From contig JADGHX010000002.1 of assembly GCA_019683695.1 (NCBI GenBank), positions 7,846-71,845 of the forward strand: a stretch of DNA of 64,000 nucleotides. The letters run 5' to 3'. This document shows, piece after piece, positions 16,064-25,762 of this stretch (the first letter of the stretch is position 1; each line of letters opens with the position of its first letter). The notes beneath the pieces are model-generated. The model saw only the letters and a program-made list of their open reading frames with translations. It was not told the origin of the DNA and did not search any database. The position numbers and the translations under genes were made by a program. Source of the DNA: Steroidobacteraceae bacterium. Lineage in GTDB: Bacteria > Pseudomonadota > Gammaproteobacteria > Steroidobacterales > Steroidobacteraceae.

Positions 16064-16091
16064 TGCGCGCACCGCCCGTGTGTCCCACGGG

Positions 16092-17513
16092 CTACTTGCG
16101 ACGCCAGGTCGCCTTCCCGCCGGGCTTGTCCTCCACGATGATGCCGGCGGCCGCGAGCTGATCGCGCAGCCGATCCGACTCGGCCCAGTTCTTTGCCGCA
16201 CGCGCGGCCGCGCGGGCATCCACCAGGCGCTGCACCTCCTCGTTGCTGAGCGCAGGGCCGGCCTCTTCCACACCCGATGGCCCGATCTGGGCAAACCTGC
16301 GGAACCACTCTTCCGGATCGAGCTGCGCGAGCCCCAGCACGCCTGCGAGGTCGCGCAGCTCCGCGCCAAGCTGGGCCGCGCGCCGGCTCTTGCCCGCATC
16401 GCGCGCCGTGTTGATCTCGCGGGTCAGCGTTTGCAGCACCGCGAGCGCCTCGGGCGTATTGAAGTCATCGTCCATCACCTCGATGAACTTCGTCGTGTGC
16501 TCGCCGCGGGACGGCGGCGCCACGTCGGTGGGCAGATCGCGAAGCGCCGTGTAGATGCGGTTGAGCCCGACATCCGCCTGCTCGAGCTGCTCCGGCGCGT
16601 AGTTGATGGGCCCGCGATACTGGCTCGCCAGCACGAAGTAGCGCAGCACCTCCGGATGGCGCAGCTTCGGCAGCACGTCGCGCACGGTGAAGAAGTTGCC
16701 GAGCGACTTGGACATCTTCTCGTCGTTCACGTTGACGAAGCCGTTGTGCATCCACACGTTCACGAACTTCGCGCCCGTGGCGCCGCAGGTCTGCGCGATC
16801 TCGTTCTCGTGATGCGGGAACTTGAGGTCGATGCCGCCGCCGTGAATGTCGAACGTGTCGCCGAGGACCGCGGTGGACATCGCGGAGCACTCGATGTGCC
16901 ACCCCGGCCGTCCCTTGCCCCACGGGGAATCCCAGGCGGGCTCGCCGGGTTTCGCCGCCTTCCAGAGCACGAAATCCAGCGGATCGCGCTTCGCCTCGTC
17001 CACCTCGACGCGTGCGCCCGCGCGCAGGTCCGCGAGGCGCTTGCCGGAGAGCTTGCCGTACCCCTCGAAGCTCGCCACGGAGTACATGACGTCGCCGTTG
17101 CTCGCCACGTATGCGTGCCCGCGAGCGACGAGCTGCTCGATCATGGAGATGATGTGCCCCACGTGCTGCGTGGCCCGTGGCTCGACATCCGGCTTCTGCA
17201 GGCCGAGCGCCGCGCAGTCTTCGTCCATCGCCTTGATGAACCGCTCGGTGAGCTGTTCGATGCTCTCGCCGTTCTCCGCGGCGCGGCGGATGATCTTGTC
17301 ATCGATGTCCGTGATGTTGCGCACGTACGTGACGTTGAATCCGCGCCGCCGCAGATACCGCTGCACCACGTCGAACACGGTGAGCATGCGCGCGTGGCCG
17401 ATGTGGATGTAGTCGTACACGGTGATGCCGCACACATACATCCCGATGTGCCCGGGACGGATCGGCTGGAGAGGCTCTTTTTCGCCCGTGAGCGAGTTGT
17501 AGATTCGGATCAT
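16092..17513 (-). CDS. cysS: cysteine--tRNA ligase
   Basis: [17 protein letters not shown]...[19 protein letters not shown] carries the HIGH motif, and KMSKSLGN is the KMSKS motif. The 473-aa product is full length. Confidence 0.95.
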   Translation of the reverse strand: MIRIYNSLTGEKEPLQPIRPGHIGMYVCGITVYDYIHIGHARMLTVFDVVQRYLRRRGFNVTYVRNITDIDDKIIRRAAENGESIEQLTERFIKAMDEDCAALGLQKPDVEPRATQHVGHIISMIEQLVARGHAYVASNGDVMYSVASFEGYGKLSGKRLADLRAGARVEVDEAKRDPLDFVLWKAAKPGEPAWDSPWGKGRPGWHIECSAMSTAVLGDTFDIHGGGIDLKFPHHENEIAQTCGATGAKFVNVWMHNGFVNVNDEKMSKSLGNFFTVRDVLPKLRHPEVLRYFVLASQYRGPINYAPEQLEQADVGLNRIYTALRDLPTDVAPPSRGEHTTKFIEVMDDDFNTPEALAVLQTLTREINTARDAGKSRRAAQLGAELRDLAGVLGLAQLDPEEWFRRFAQIGPSGVEEAGPALSNEEVQRLVDARAAARAAKNWAESDRLRDQLAAAGIIVEDKPGGKATWRRK

Positions 17514-17558
17514 GTCCTTGCCGGTCTGTGCTGTGTGTGAATCAACGGCGTGCCCGCA

Positions 17559-19040
17559 TCATGCGGCAAATCGCGCCAGGCGCTCGCGCGCCTTGCCCGG
17601 CGGCATGGCTTTCAGCAGCGGCGCCAGCTCCGGCCCGTGCGGCCGGCCCGTGAGTGCAAGGCGCAGCGGCTTGTAGAGCGCCGCGCCGGTCTTGCCTGTG
17701 GCGGCACGTACCGCGCCGACGATGGCCTGCAGATCGTTGCCGTTTGCGGCAGCCGCGCTCGCCGCCGCTGAGAAATAGCCCGGGCCTGCGCTGCGCACCA
17801 CCTGCTCGTCCTGCTCAGCGAGCGGCGGCAGGTCTCCGAACACGATCTGCGCCCACGCAGACGCGTCTTCCGGCAGCAGAACGTTCGGCCGCACGGCTTC
17901 CACGAACGCGCGCGCAGCCTGCTCCTCCACGCCAGGCGGTATCGCCGGCGCGAGCCATGCGCATGCGGCATCGAGCGAAATGCGGTTCACCCATTCCTTC
18001 TGCCAGACGTTGAGCTGCTGTTCCTCGAAGCGCGCCGGTGCACGGCCGAGGTGCGCAGGATTGAACGCGCGCGCCATCTCCTCCATCGACAGAAAGCCGT
18101 GTTCCGGCGTGGAGTGCCCGAGACGGAACAGATGATTCGCCAGAGCCTCCGCGGCGTATCCCCGCTCGCGGTAATAGCGCAGGCTCGGGTCGCCATGACG
18201 CTTCGAGAGCGGCGCGCCATCTGGCCCCACGAGCAGCGACACGTGGCCATAGCGGGGCGCGGGCAAACCCAGCGCCTCCAGAATCATGAGCTGCCGCGGC
18301 GTGTTCGTGAGGTGATCCTCTCCGCGCAGCACGTGCGTCACACCCATGCTGGCATCGTCGACAGCGTTCGAGAAGAAAAACGCCGCGGATCCATCGGCGC
18401 GCCGGATCACGAAATCGCCGATGTCGTCGCTCTGGAAGTGCTGCGCGCCGTGCACGAAATCCTCGAACTCGATGCGCCGCCCGCTCGGCACGCGGAATCG
18501 CGTGGTCGGCGTGATGCCTGCAGCGCGCTTGCGAGCCTGCTGCTCTGGCGTGAGATCGCGGCACGTGCCGGCATAGCGCGGCGGCTTGCCACTCGCGAGC
18601 TGGGTGCGCCGGGAGACCTCGAGCTCGACAGGCGTGCAGAAGCAGGGATACGTCAGCCCCTGGCGCGCCAGCTCGTCGAAATACCTCTCGTACACGCTCG
18701 TGCGCTGGGACTGCCGATACGGGCCGCGCTCGTCTTCCCGATCCGGCCCCGCGTCCCACTCGATGCCGAGCCAGCGGAGGTCCGCCATCTGCTGTGCGAC
18801 GTGCGCTTCCTGGCTGCGCTCGGCGTCCGTGTCCTCGATGCGGAGAACGAAGCGGCCGTTCAGGTGGCGGGCGAGCAGAACGTTGAACAGCGCCGTGCGG
18901 GCGTTCCCCAGATGCAGCTCGCCCGTGGGGCTCGGCGCAAACCGGGTCGTGGGCACGGGCGCCGCGGCCACCTCTGCCGCGCGCGGCCGCGCTTCGGGCT
19001 GCCCCGCACGTTCGAAACTGCCTGCATTCGATGCACTCAT
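17559..19040 (-). CDS. gltX: glutamate--tRNA ligase
   Basis: TRFAPSPTGELHLGNARTALFN is the HIGH region, followed by RIEDTD, and LSKRHG is the KMSKS equivalent. A C-terminal anticodon-binding region is present. The start is ATG 19040; GTG 18956 (VPTTRFAPSPTG) is an alternative that would remove a 28-aa extension. Confidence 0.9.
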   Translation of the reverse strand: MSASNAGSFERAGQPEARPRAAEVAAAPVPTTRFAPSPTGELHLGNARTALFNVLLARHLNGRFVLRIEDTDAERSQEAHVAQQMADLRWLGIEWDAGPDREDERGPYRQSQRTSVYERYFDELARQGLTYPCFCTPVELEVSRRTQLASGKPPRYAGTCRDLTPEQQARKRAAGITPTTRFRVPSGRRIEFEDFVHGAQHFQSDDIGDFVIRRADGSAAFFFSNAVDDASMGVTHVLRGEDHLTNTPRQLMILEALGLPAPRYGHVSLLVGPDGAPLSKRHGDPSLRYYRERGYAAEALANHLFRLGHSTPEHGFLSMEEMARAFNPAHLGRAPARFEEQQLNVWQKEWVNRISLDAACAWLAPAIPPGVEEQAARAFVEAVRPNVLLPEDASAWAQIVFGDLPPLAEQDEQVVRSAGPGYFSAAASAAAANGNDLQAIVGAVRAATGKTGAALYKPLRLALTGRPHGPELAPLLKAMPPGKARERLARFAA

Positions 19041-19250
19041 GTGATCAACACTGCGGAAAGCGCTCCCGCCCGAGAATCCGCTACGCGACCTGGTCCGCCG
19101 GGGCGCACCCCCGGGGGCCCGCAATGGTACGGGAACGCAGGCAGCCCAGAAACGGCTTCGTCCGAAGCACCGCGCGCGCTTCGCCGCCCCGGCAAGGCTC
19201 ACTTGCTAGAATCCGCCGCTTCGTCGAGAAGCGGAAAAGCCGGAGAGTCA

Positions 19251-20063
19251 ATGAATTCCAGCATTGCAGGCGGTCAGCGGATGCGGGTTCCGGGCCCGCG
19301 CACGGCGGGATGGGCAGCACGGGCGGCGGGTGCGCTCGCCTGGGTGCTGGTCGCCGGGCTTGCCCCGGGGGCCGCGCTCGCACAGTCGGTGCGCGTGACG
19401 ACGAACATGGGCTCCTTCGTCATCGAGCTCGACGCGGAGCGTGCGCCGCTCACCGTGGCCAACTTCCTGCGTTACGTCAACGAGGGCTTCTACACGAACA
19501 CACTGTTTCATCGCGTGGTGGGCAACTTCGTGATTCAGGGCGGTGGCCATTCGGCAACGGACTACAAGCTCAAGCCCACTCACGAAAACGTGGTGAACGA
19601 GTCGGGCAACGGGCTGCAGAACAAGCGCGGCACGGTGGGCATGGCCCGCTCCAATGCGCCCCACAGCGGCAACGCCCAGTTCTACATCAACATCGCGGAC
19701 AATCCGGAGCTCGATCCGTTGCCCACGCGGTGGGGCTACGCCGTGTTCGGGCGTGTGACAGAAGGCATGGAGGTCATCGACAAGATCGGGGTCGTCGCGA
19801 CTGGCGCGGTGGGCCCGTTCAAGAGCGAAGCGCCGCTCGAGCCGATCGTGATCCAGAAGATCGAAGTGCTGAAAGGCAACAGCACATCGTCGGCAGCTCC
19901 CGGCGCCGCGCCCACGCCGCCTCCGCCGCCGCCCGCTGCGGAAGGCGCGACGTCCTCGGGTGAAAGCGCGGCACCAGCAGGCGAGAGCCCAACGCCTCCG
20001 CCCACCGGCGAGAGCGCTCCGACGCCTCCGCCCGCGGGTGAGAGCGCCCCGCCACCGCGATAA
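19251..20063 (+). CDS. ppiA: periplasmic cyclophilin-type peptidyl-prolyl isomerase with C-terminal Pro/Thr-rich repeat tail
   Basis: The signal peptide is ...AWVLVAGLAPGAALA/QS. The cyclophilin core is VANFLRYVNEGFYTNTLFHRVVGNFVIQGGG...GTVGMARSNAPHSGNAQFYINIADNPELD...YAVFGRVTEGMEVIDKI. The tail is GESAAPAGESPTPPPTGESAPTPPPAGESAPPPR. Confidence 0.9.
   Translation: MNSSIAGGQRMRVPGPRTAGWAARAAGALAWVLVAGLAPGAALAQSVRVTTNMGSFVIELDAERAPLTVANFLRYVNEGFYTNTLFHRVVGNFVIQGGGHSATDYKLKPTHENVVNESGNGLQNKRGTVGMARSNAPHSGNAQFYINIADNPELDPLPTRWGYAVFGRVTEGMEVIDKIGVVATGAVGPFKSEAPLEPIVIQKIEVLKGNSTSSAAPGAAPTPPPPPPAAEGATSSGESAAPAGESPTPPPTGESAPTPPPAGESAPPPR
19959..20060 (+). repeat. in-frame tandem repeat (about 27-30 nt units) encoding GES(A)PTPPP(T/A)
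   Basis: The units are GGTGAAAGCGCGGCACCAGCA / GGCGAGAGCCCAACGCCTCCGCCCACC / GGCGAGAGCGCTCCGACGCCTCCGCCCGCG / GGTGAGAGCGCCCCGCCACCGCGA, read directly and codon-aligned to the ppiA frame. Confidence 0.85.
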
Positions 20064-20127
20064 TCACGGCAGCGCGCGTCAGGATGGACCGAACACCGGA
20101 AAGGGCTTCGTGGCGGCTTCGCGGCAC

Positions 20128-20850
20128 ATGACTCGGCTGTTCGTTTCGGATCTGCACCTGGACGCGAGCGCACCCGATGCCACACGGCAGTTCGAGGAGT
20201 TCCTGCGCTCGCATGCCGCGCACGCCGACGCGCTGTACATCCTCGGCGATCTGTTCGAAGTGTGGGTCGGCGATGACGACCCGGACGCTGAGAAGGCCCG
20301 TGTCGTGCGTGCCCTGCATGAGCTCACGTCCAGCGGTGTCGCCTGCTTCGTCATTCACGGAAACCGGGATTTCCTGCTGGGCCGTCAATTCTGCGATCGC
20401 AGCGGCTGCCGGCTGCTGCAGGACCCTGTCGTCATCGAGTTGAACGGTGAGCGTGTTCTCGTCACGCACGGGGACGCGCTGTGCACAGACGATCACTCGT
20501 ATCAGGAGCTGCGCAGCAGCGTGCGCACGGTAGATTGGCAGCGGCGCTTCCTCTCGCTGCCGTTCGAGATACGGGATCGCTTCGCAAACAAGGCACGGGC
20601 CGGCAGTAAAGCGCACACCACTCGCACGGCCCCTGAGATTCAGGACGTGAATCCGCAAGCGGTGGCCACCGCCTTTCGCGTCACACGCGTGCGACGGATG
20701 ATCCACGGGCACACGCACCGCCCCGGCATTCACGATCTGGAGATCGACGGCGAGCCTGCACAACGCATCGTGCTCGGCGCGTGGTATGAAGAAGGCAGCT
20801 ATCTGGCCTATGAGAACGGCCGCTACGAGCTGAGGACGCTGCCCCGCTGA
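20128..20850 (+). CDS. lpxH: UDP-2,3-diacylglucosamine diphosphatase
   Basis: MTRLFVSDLHLD...ALYILGDLFEVWVGDD...FVIHGNRDFLLG...LVTHGDALCTDD...RMIHGHTHRP are calcineurin-like LpxH motifs. The ATG at 20128 was verified. Confidence 0.92.
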   Translation: MTRLFVSDLHLDASAPDATRQFEEFLRSHAAHADALYILGDLFEVWVGDDDPDAEKARVVRALHELTSSGVACFVIHGNRDFLLGRQFCDRSGCRLLQDPVVIELNGERVLVTHGDALCTDDHSYQELRSSVRTVDWQRRFLSLPFEIRDRFANKARAGSKAHTTRTAPEIQDVNPQAVATAFRVTRVRRMIHGHTHRPGIHDLEIDGEPAQRIVLGAWYEEGSYLAYENGRYELRTLPR

Positions 20851-20884
20851 GCGCGCAGTGGGCGTCGTCGCGGGGCCGTGATGG

Positions 20885-21493
20885 CTAAGCGGGCGTGCCG
20901 GAGTGGAACCTGAACGCCGGGTCGGGCTCTGTTGCGAGCTGCGCTTCGCGCTCGGCGAGCACCTGCAGGCGGCTGTCGATCTCTGCCGCGTCCGCCGGCG
21001 CACCGCTCGTGCGAGCGAGATCCAGATACAGCTCGAAGTGGCGCGCCTCCGACCTCGCGAGCTGCGAATAGAACTCCGCGAGTGCTGCCGGAAGCTTCGG
21101 CACCAGAAGCCGGAAGCGCTCGCACGAGCGCGCCTCGATGAGCGCTCCGGTGAGCAGCAGATCGAGCTTCCTGCCGGGATCCGCCGTGCGCGCCACGGCA
21201 CGCAGCCCCGCGCCGTAGCGGCCCGGCTTCTGCCGCAGGTACGGCACTTCAAGCGTCTCCATCATCCGCTGCACCTGCTCGAAGTGACGCAACTCTTCGC
21301 GTGCGAGCCGCGACAGCGCGCCGGTCAGTCGGCGATCCTCGGGGTACGCGAACATCAATGCGAGCGCGGTGGACGCGGCCTTCTTCTCGCAATTCGCATG
21401 GTCCGCAAGCAGCTCTCGCCAATGCTCGGCGGCGTAATCCACCCAGGCCACCGGCGTCGGCGCAAGCAGAATGTTTTCAGGCGTGCGAGTCAC
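20885..21493 (-). CDS. miaE: tRNA-(ms2io6A37)-hydroxylase
   Basis: The diiron ferritin-like pattern is LADHANCEKKAASTALALMF...LAREELRHFEQV...LIEARSCERF...LARSEARHFELY. GTG 21493 is preceded by GGAGGA. The track start TTG 21526 is an alternative. Confidence 0.85.
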   Translation of the reverse strand: MTRTPENILLAPTPVAWVDYAAEHWRELLADHANCEKKAASTALALMFAYPEDRRLTGALSRLAREELRHFEQVQRMMETLEVPYLRQKPGRYGAGLRAVARTADPGRKLDLLLTGALIEARSCERFRLLVPKLPAALAEFYSQLARSEARHFELYLDLARTSGAPADAAEIDSRLQVLAEREAQLATEPDPAFRFHSGTPA

Positions 21494-21515
21494 TGTTCCT
21501 CCAGCGGGGCCACCA

Positions 21516-22772
21516 TCATCCCGCAACGTCCGCGGACTTCAGCTCGCGTGCGGCTTCATCAATAGCCGCTGCCGCCGCGGCGGCATTCGGCATGCGATCC
21601 GCCGGGCTCTTTGCGAGCAGCGCATCGAGAAGCGGCTGCAAGCGCGCCAGCGGCTCCGGCAGCTTCGGCACGGGCTCATGGCGGTGCTTGTAGATGATGG
21701 CCATCGGGTTCTCTGCGGTGTACGGCTTCTGGCGCGCGAGCATCTCGTAGAGCATCACGCCGAGACTGTAAAGATCGCTCCGGGCATCGATCGGCTCGCC
21801 GTGCCCCTGCTCGGGGCTCATGTAATGCGGCGTGCCGAAGATCTGGCCGTGATCCGTCACGTGCATCGCAAGCGCCGCATCCTTGGCGAGACCGAAGTCG
21901 ATCAGCGCGAGTGAGCCGTCGTCGCGAAGCATGATGTTGCCGGGCTTCAGGTCCCGGTGAAGCACGCCGGCGTCGTGGATTCCTTCGAGCGCGCGCGCCA
22001 CCGCCAGCGCAATACGCAACGCTTCCGCTGGCGCAAGCGGCTCGCGCATGCGGCGCCGAAGATCCCCGTTGCGGAAGTATTCCATCACGAGATACGCGTG
22101 CTGGTCGCTCACGCCCAGGTCGTACAGCCTCACCACACCCGGATGACGGATGCGCTGAACGATCTCGTACTCCTGAAGAAAACGGCGAAACGAGTGGTCA
22201 AGCTCATTGTCGGTCTGCTGATCGCGCGCCACCTTCAGCACCACGAGGGCGCCGGCCTGTTCGCTCTCGGCGAGATACAGCTCCGAGACGGGCCCGGCGG
22301 CCAGCCGCCGGATGCGCCGGTAGCCGCGGATGAACGCCTCGCCGAAACGCTGTGCCTCCTGCGCTTCCGCGGACATGCGCCAGTCCGCGCGCGCCTGCAT
22401 CTGTTTGCCGGAAGCGCTCGCGAGCGCGGCAAGCAGCTTGTCGTGTTCCACCTTCGAGCGCCCGATGGCGGCGTGTGCGCCGAGCCGCAGCGCTTGCCGC
22501 GCTTCATCGTCCTCGCTCGTGTTGCTGAGGAAGATCACGGGCGCAAAGCGTGGGCGCGCAACGAAGTCCTTCAGCCACTCGAGGCCGCTGCCGCCGGGCC
22601 ACGTGTGTGACAGCAGCACGGCATCGAACCCCTGCGCGATGAATTCCGGCGGCGGAAGAGGATGCAGCACGGGACTGGACACGACGAGCTCCGCGTCGGG
22701 CCAGCGGCACGTGAGGTGGTGCCGGATGAGCGCGCAGTAGCGCGCATCGTCTTCGAACATCAGCAGCCGCAT
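21516..22772 (-). CDS. receiver-like domain (Asp-to-Ser at the phospho-acceptor position) fused to a Hanks-type Ser/Thr protein kinase
   Basis: The N-terminus is MRLLMFEDDARY...FDAVLLSHTWPGGSGLEWLK...VIFLS...IGRSK. Aligned by eye to CheY (VISDWNMPNMDGLELLK), this puts Ser55 (codon 22608-22610) at the Asp57 position. The kinase part has VVLKVAR, HRDLKPGNIML, IDFGLAK and GTPHYMSPEQ. Confidence 0.85.
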   Translation of the reverse strand: MRLLMFEDDARYCALIRHHLTCRWPDAELVVSSPVLHPLPPPEFIAQGFDAVLLSHTWPGGSGLEWLKDFVARPRFAPVIFLSNTSEDDEARQALRLGAHAAIGRSKVEHDKLLAALASASGKQMQARADWRMSAEAQEAQRFGEAFIRGYRRIRRLAAGPVSELYLAESEQAGALVVLKVARDQQTDNELDHSFRRFLQEYEIVQRIRHPGVVRLYDLGVSDQHAYLVMEYFRNGDLRRRMREPLAPAEALRIALAVARALEGIHDAGVLHRDLKPGNIMLRDDGSLALIDFGLAKDAALAMHVTDHGQIFGTPHYMSPEQGHGEPIDARSDLYSLGVMLYEMLARQKPYTAENPMAIIYKHRHEPVPKLPEPLARLQPLLDALLAKSPADRMPNAAAAAAAIDEAARELKSADVAG

Positions 22773-22969
22773 GCCGCGATGGGTTCCCGTATCCGGGCCG
22801 GGCGTGCGAAGCATCCGCTCACACGTCGGTGCTCCTGCGCCGGCCGCAAAAGTCATTTTTATCGCGGCCGGGACGTCATGTAGGTCCGGAGAAGGCCGCA
22901 GGACAGTCGCGGAATGTACCAGAACAGGCCGGACGCGCGGTCCGCGTTACACGGGATGCGCCACCGCGC

Positions 22970-24205
22970 TCAACGCGGCCGGCGGCGCCAAAGCTCGGCG
23001 GCCGCTGCCTTCGTCAGCTTCAGTCCGATGATGAGATCGCCCACGTTCGTGCCGGTGGGGCCGGTGTGGATCAGGTCCCCCGCTGCGGCCAGTGCCGCAC
23101 CGGAATTCGCGGACTGCAGGCATTGCTGCACGTCCAGTTCGGCGAGCGCGATGCGCGAGCACGTGTCTCCATCGACGAGCGCGCCGGCGTCTTGCGTCAC
23201 GCCGTCTGTCCCATCCGTCGCGCCAACGAGCAGCAAGAGGTTGTCGTGTCCGGCCATGACACGCGCGGCCGCGAGCGCCAGATGTTGGTTGCGCCCGCCG
23301 CGACCCGGGTTCTCCGGAAGCGTGACGACGGACTCGCCTCCCCAGATGCGTACCTGGTGCACGTTCATGTGCAGCTCGTGCGCGAAGCGCACGGCAAGCC
23401 GCTCCGCCGGGCCGTCGAACGTCTCGGGATGCCGGAAGGCGTTCAGACCCAGGCGCTGCGCCTCGGCCAGCGCCACGTCCGCCGCCTGATCGATGGAGGC
23501 GACGATCTGCCGCTCGATCAGATCGTTCGGCGCACCGCTCGGGCCCATGAGGCCCGAACCGATGACGGCGGGATCATGCCCCGGCACGTCCGAAATGAAG
23601 AGCGCACGCGCCCGCCGCCCGGCGATCTGCGCGGCGAGACGCCCGCCCTTGATGCGTGAGAGCTGCGCGCGTTGCGCGTTCAGCTCACCAATTGCAAGGC
23701 CACTCGCCAGCCCGCGTGCATTGAGCTCCATGAGCTGCTCGAGCGTGGCACCGGGCATCAGCGCCTCGGCAAGACTCGATGCGCCACCGGAGATCAGAAA
23801 CAGCGGCTCCACATCTTCCGGCAGCTGACTCACCCATTCGAGCAGACGCGCACCGGCCGCAAGCGAGCGCTCATCGGGCATCGGGTGCGCGCTCTCGATC
23901 ACCTCGATACCCGGAACGGCGAGCACCTCCGGGGAGACATGCCCATCTTTCGTGATGAGGAGCGCCCGTTCCAGCCGAGCGCCGAGCGCATCGTGCGCGC
24001 CGAGCATCATCGCGCTGGCGGCCTTGCCCACGGCGGCGGCCCACACGCGTTTCGGCTCGGCAACCGAGCCAGTGGGCGCCTTCAGCGCGTCACGCACGCA
24101 GACGCGGCCGTCGACGCTGGCCAGCGCCGTACGAAAGAGATGCAGGAGGATGCTCCGGCGCGGGTCTCCGTGCGCGGACAGGTCTTCTGAAGACGAACCG
24201 AACAA
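22970..24205 (-). CDS. glycerate 2-kinase / hydroxypyruvate-reductase-like protein (DUF4147 + MOFRL domains)
   Basis: AVGKAASAMMLGA, LITKDGH, SAHPMPDE, FLISGGASSL, IKGGRLA, FISDVPGHDPAVIGSG, GGESVVTL...GRGGRNQHLALAAA, GATDGTDG and TGPTGTNVGDL are seen. The start is TTG 24205 and is uncertain. Confidence 0.85.
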   Translation of the reverse strand: MFGSSSEDLSAHGDPRRSILLHLFRTALASVDGRVCVRDALKAPTGSVAEPKRVWAAAVGKAASAMMLGAHDALGARLERALLITKDGHVSPEVLAVPGIEVIESAHPMPDERSLAAGARLLEWVSQLPEDVEPLFLISGGASSLAEALMPGATLEQLMELNARGLASGLAIGELNAQRAQLSRIKGGRLAAQIAGRRARALFISDVPGHDPAVIGSGLMGPSGAPNDLIERQIVASIDQAADVALAEAQRLGLNAFRHPETFDGPAERLAVRFAHELHMNVHQVRIWGGESVVTLPENPGRGGRNQHLALAAARVMAGHDNLLLLVGATDGTDGVTQDAGALVDGDTCSRIALAELDVQQCLQSANSGAALAAAGDLIHTGPTGTNVGDLIIGLKLTKAAAAELWRRRPR

Positions 24206-24236
24206 GATGAATCGAGCTCTGCGGAGGTACTGTCCC

Positions 24237-25739
24237 TTACGACTGGCCGACGACTTTCAGCCGTCCCTCACGGCGGCGGCTCCTCGCTTCATCCGACCGC
24301 TCGAGCTGCAGGCGCTCGAGATACTCCGGCGTGACGTCGCCCGTGACGTACTCGCCCGAGAAGCAGGAGGTGTCGAACTCCGTCACCTGCGCATCGTCGT
24401 GGCGGCAGGCGGCGACCATGTCTTCGAGGTCCTGGTACACGAGCCAATCCGCGCCGATGAACTCGCACACCTCCTCGACCGTGCGCCCGGCGGCCACGAG
24501 CTCGCTCGCCGCCGGCATGTCGATGCCGTACACGTTCGGGAAGCGCACCGGCGGGGCAGCCGACGCGAAGTACACCTTCTTCGCGCCCGCCTCGCGCGCA
24601 AGGTCGATGATCTGCGCGGAGGTGGTGCCACGGACGATGGAGTCGTCCACGAGCAGCACGTTCTTGCCGCGGAACTCGAGGTCGATCGCGTTCAGCTTGC
24701 GACGCACGGACTTCTCGCGCATCTGCTGGCCCGGCATGATGAACGTGCGGCCGATGTAGCGATTCTTGATGAACCCTTCGCGGTACTTGAGGCCGAGGCG
24801 CTGCGCAAGCTGCAGGGCGCTCGTGCGGCTCGTATCCGGAATGGGGATCACCACGTCGATATCGTGGTTCGGCCGCTCACGCAGAATCTTCTCCGCGAGC
24901 TTGTCGCCCATGCGCATGCGCGCGCGATACACGGAGATGTTGTCGATGATGGAATCCGGCCGCGCGAAGTACACATACTCGAAGATGCAGGGGGTATGGC
25001 GCACGCTGGCCACCAGCTGCTGCGAATGCAACCGGCCCTGCTCATCGATGAACACCGCTTCGCCGGGCCCGATGTCCCGCACGAACTTGAACGACAGCGC
25101 CGTGAGCGCGACGCTCTCGGAGGCGAGCATCCACTCCGGACCCTTGCTCGTGTCCCGCCGCCCGAGACACAGCGGGCGAATGCCATTCGGATCACGGAAG
25201 CCGAGCACGCCATGGCCGATGACCATGGCCACCACCGCGTACCCGCCGCGGCAGCGGCGATACACGGCCGTCAGTGCCGCGAACACGTCTGCCGGCGTGA
25301 CACGAGGCGTGCCCACGCGCTGCAGCTCCGAGGCAAACACATTCAACAGCACTTCGGAATCGGAGCTGGTGTTGAGATGGCGGCGATCCTCGCGTTCCAG
25401 CACTTCCGCAAGCTCACGCGCATTCGTGAGATTGCCGTTGTGGGCGAGCACGATGCCGTACGGCGCATTCACGTAGAAGGGCTGGGCTTCGGAGATGCCG
25501 TCGCACCCGGCGGTGGGGTATCGCACGTGCCCGATACCGACGTTGCCCAGCAGCTCGAGCATGTGATGCTGCTGGAACACATCGCGCACGAGGCCGCTGC
25601 CCTTGCGCGTGCACAGCTCCCCGCCATTGGAGGTGGCGATACCGGCGGCGTCCTGGCCGCGATGCTGAAGCACCGTGAGCGCATCGTAGAGGCGCTGATT
25701 CACGGGCGCGTTGCCGACGATTCCGACGATGCCGCACAT
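24237..25739 (-). CDS. purF: amidophosphoribosyltransferase
   Basis: MCGIVGIVG has the N-terminal nucleophile Cys, followed by [11 protein letters not shown] and the PRTase motif [13 protein letters not shown]. Confidence 0.95.
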   Translation of the reverse strand: MCGIVGIVGNAPVNQRLYDALTVLQHRGQDAAGIATSNGGELCTRKGSGLVRDVFQQHHMLELLGNVGIGHVRYPTAGCDGISEAQPFYVNAPYGIVLAHNGNLTNARELAEVLEREDRRHLNTSSDSEVLLNVFASELQRVGTPRVTPADVFAALTAVYRRCRGGYAVVAMVIGHGVLGFRDPNGIRPLCLGRRDTSKGPEWMLASESVALTALSFKFVRDIGPGEAVFIDEQGRLHSQQLVASVRHTPCIFEYVYFARPDSIIDNISVYRARMRMGDKLAEKILRERPNHDIDVVIPIPDTSRTSALQLAQRLGLKYREGFIKNRYIGRTFIMPGQQMREKSVRRKLNAIDLEFRGKNVLLVDDSIVRGTTSAQIIDLAREAGAKKVYFASAAPPVRFPNVYGIDMPAASELVAAGRTVEEVCEFIGADWLVYQDLEDMVAACRHDDAQVTEFDTSCFSGEYVTGDVTPEYLERLQLERSDEARSRRREGRLKVVGQS

Positions 25740-25762
25740 ACTCTAATCCCCTGCCCCAGCGT

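Noticed and set aside
17559-19202. The long N-terminal extension of gltX given by the track (547 aa).
   Set aside because: The first 54 residues are Arg/Gly/Ala junk without conservation. ATG 19040 (or GTG 18956) gives a normal-length GltX.
22841-22874. The inverted repeat GGCCGC-n16-GCGGCC around an AT-rich loop, downstream of the glycerate kinase gene and upstream of the receiver-kinase gene.
   Set aside because: The stem is only 6 bp with a 16-nt loop. That is too weak to call as a terminator or operator.
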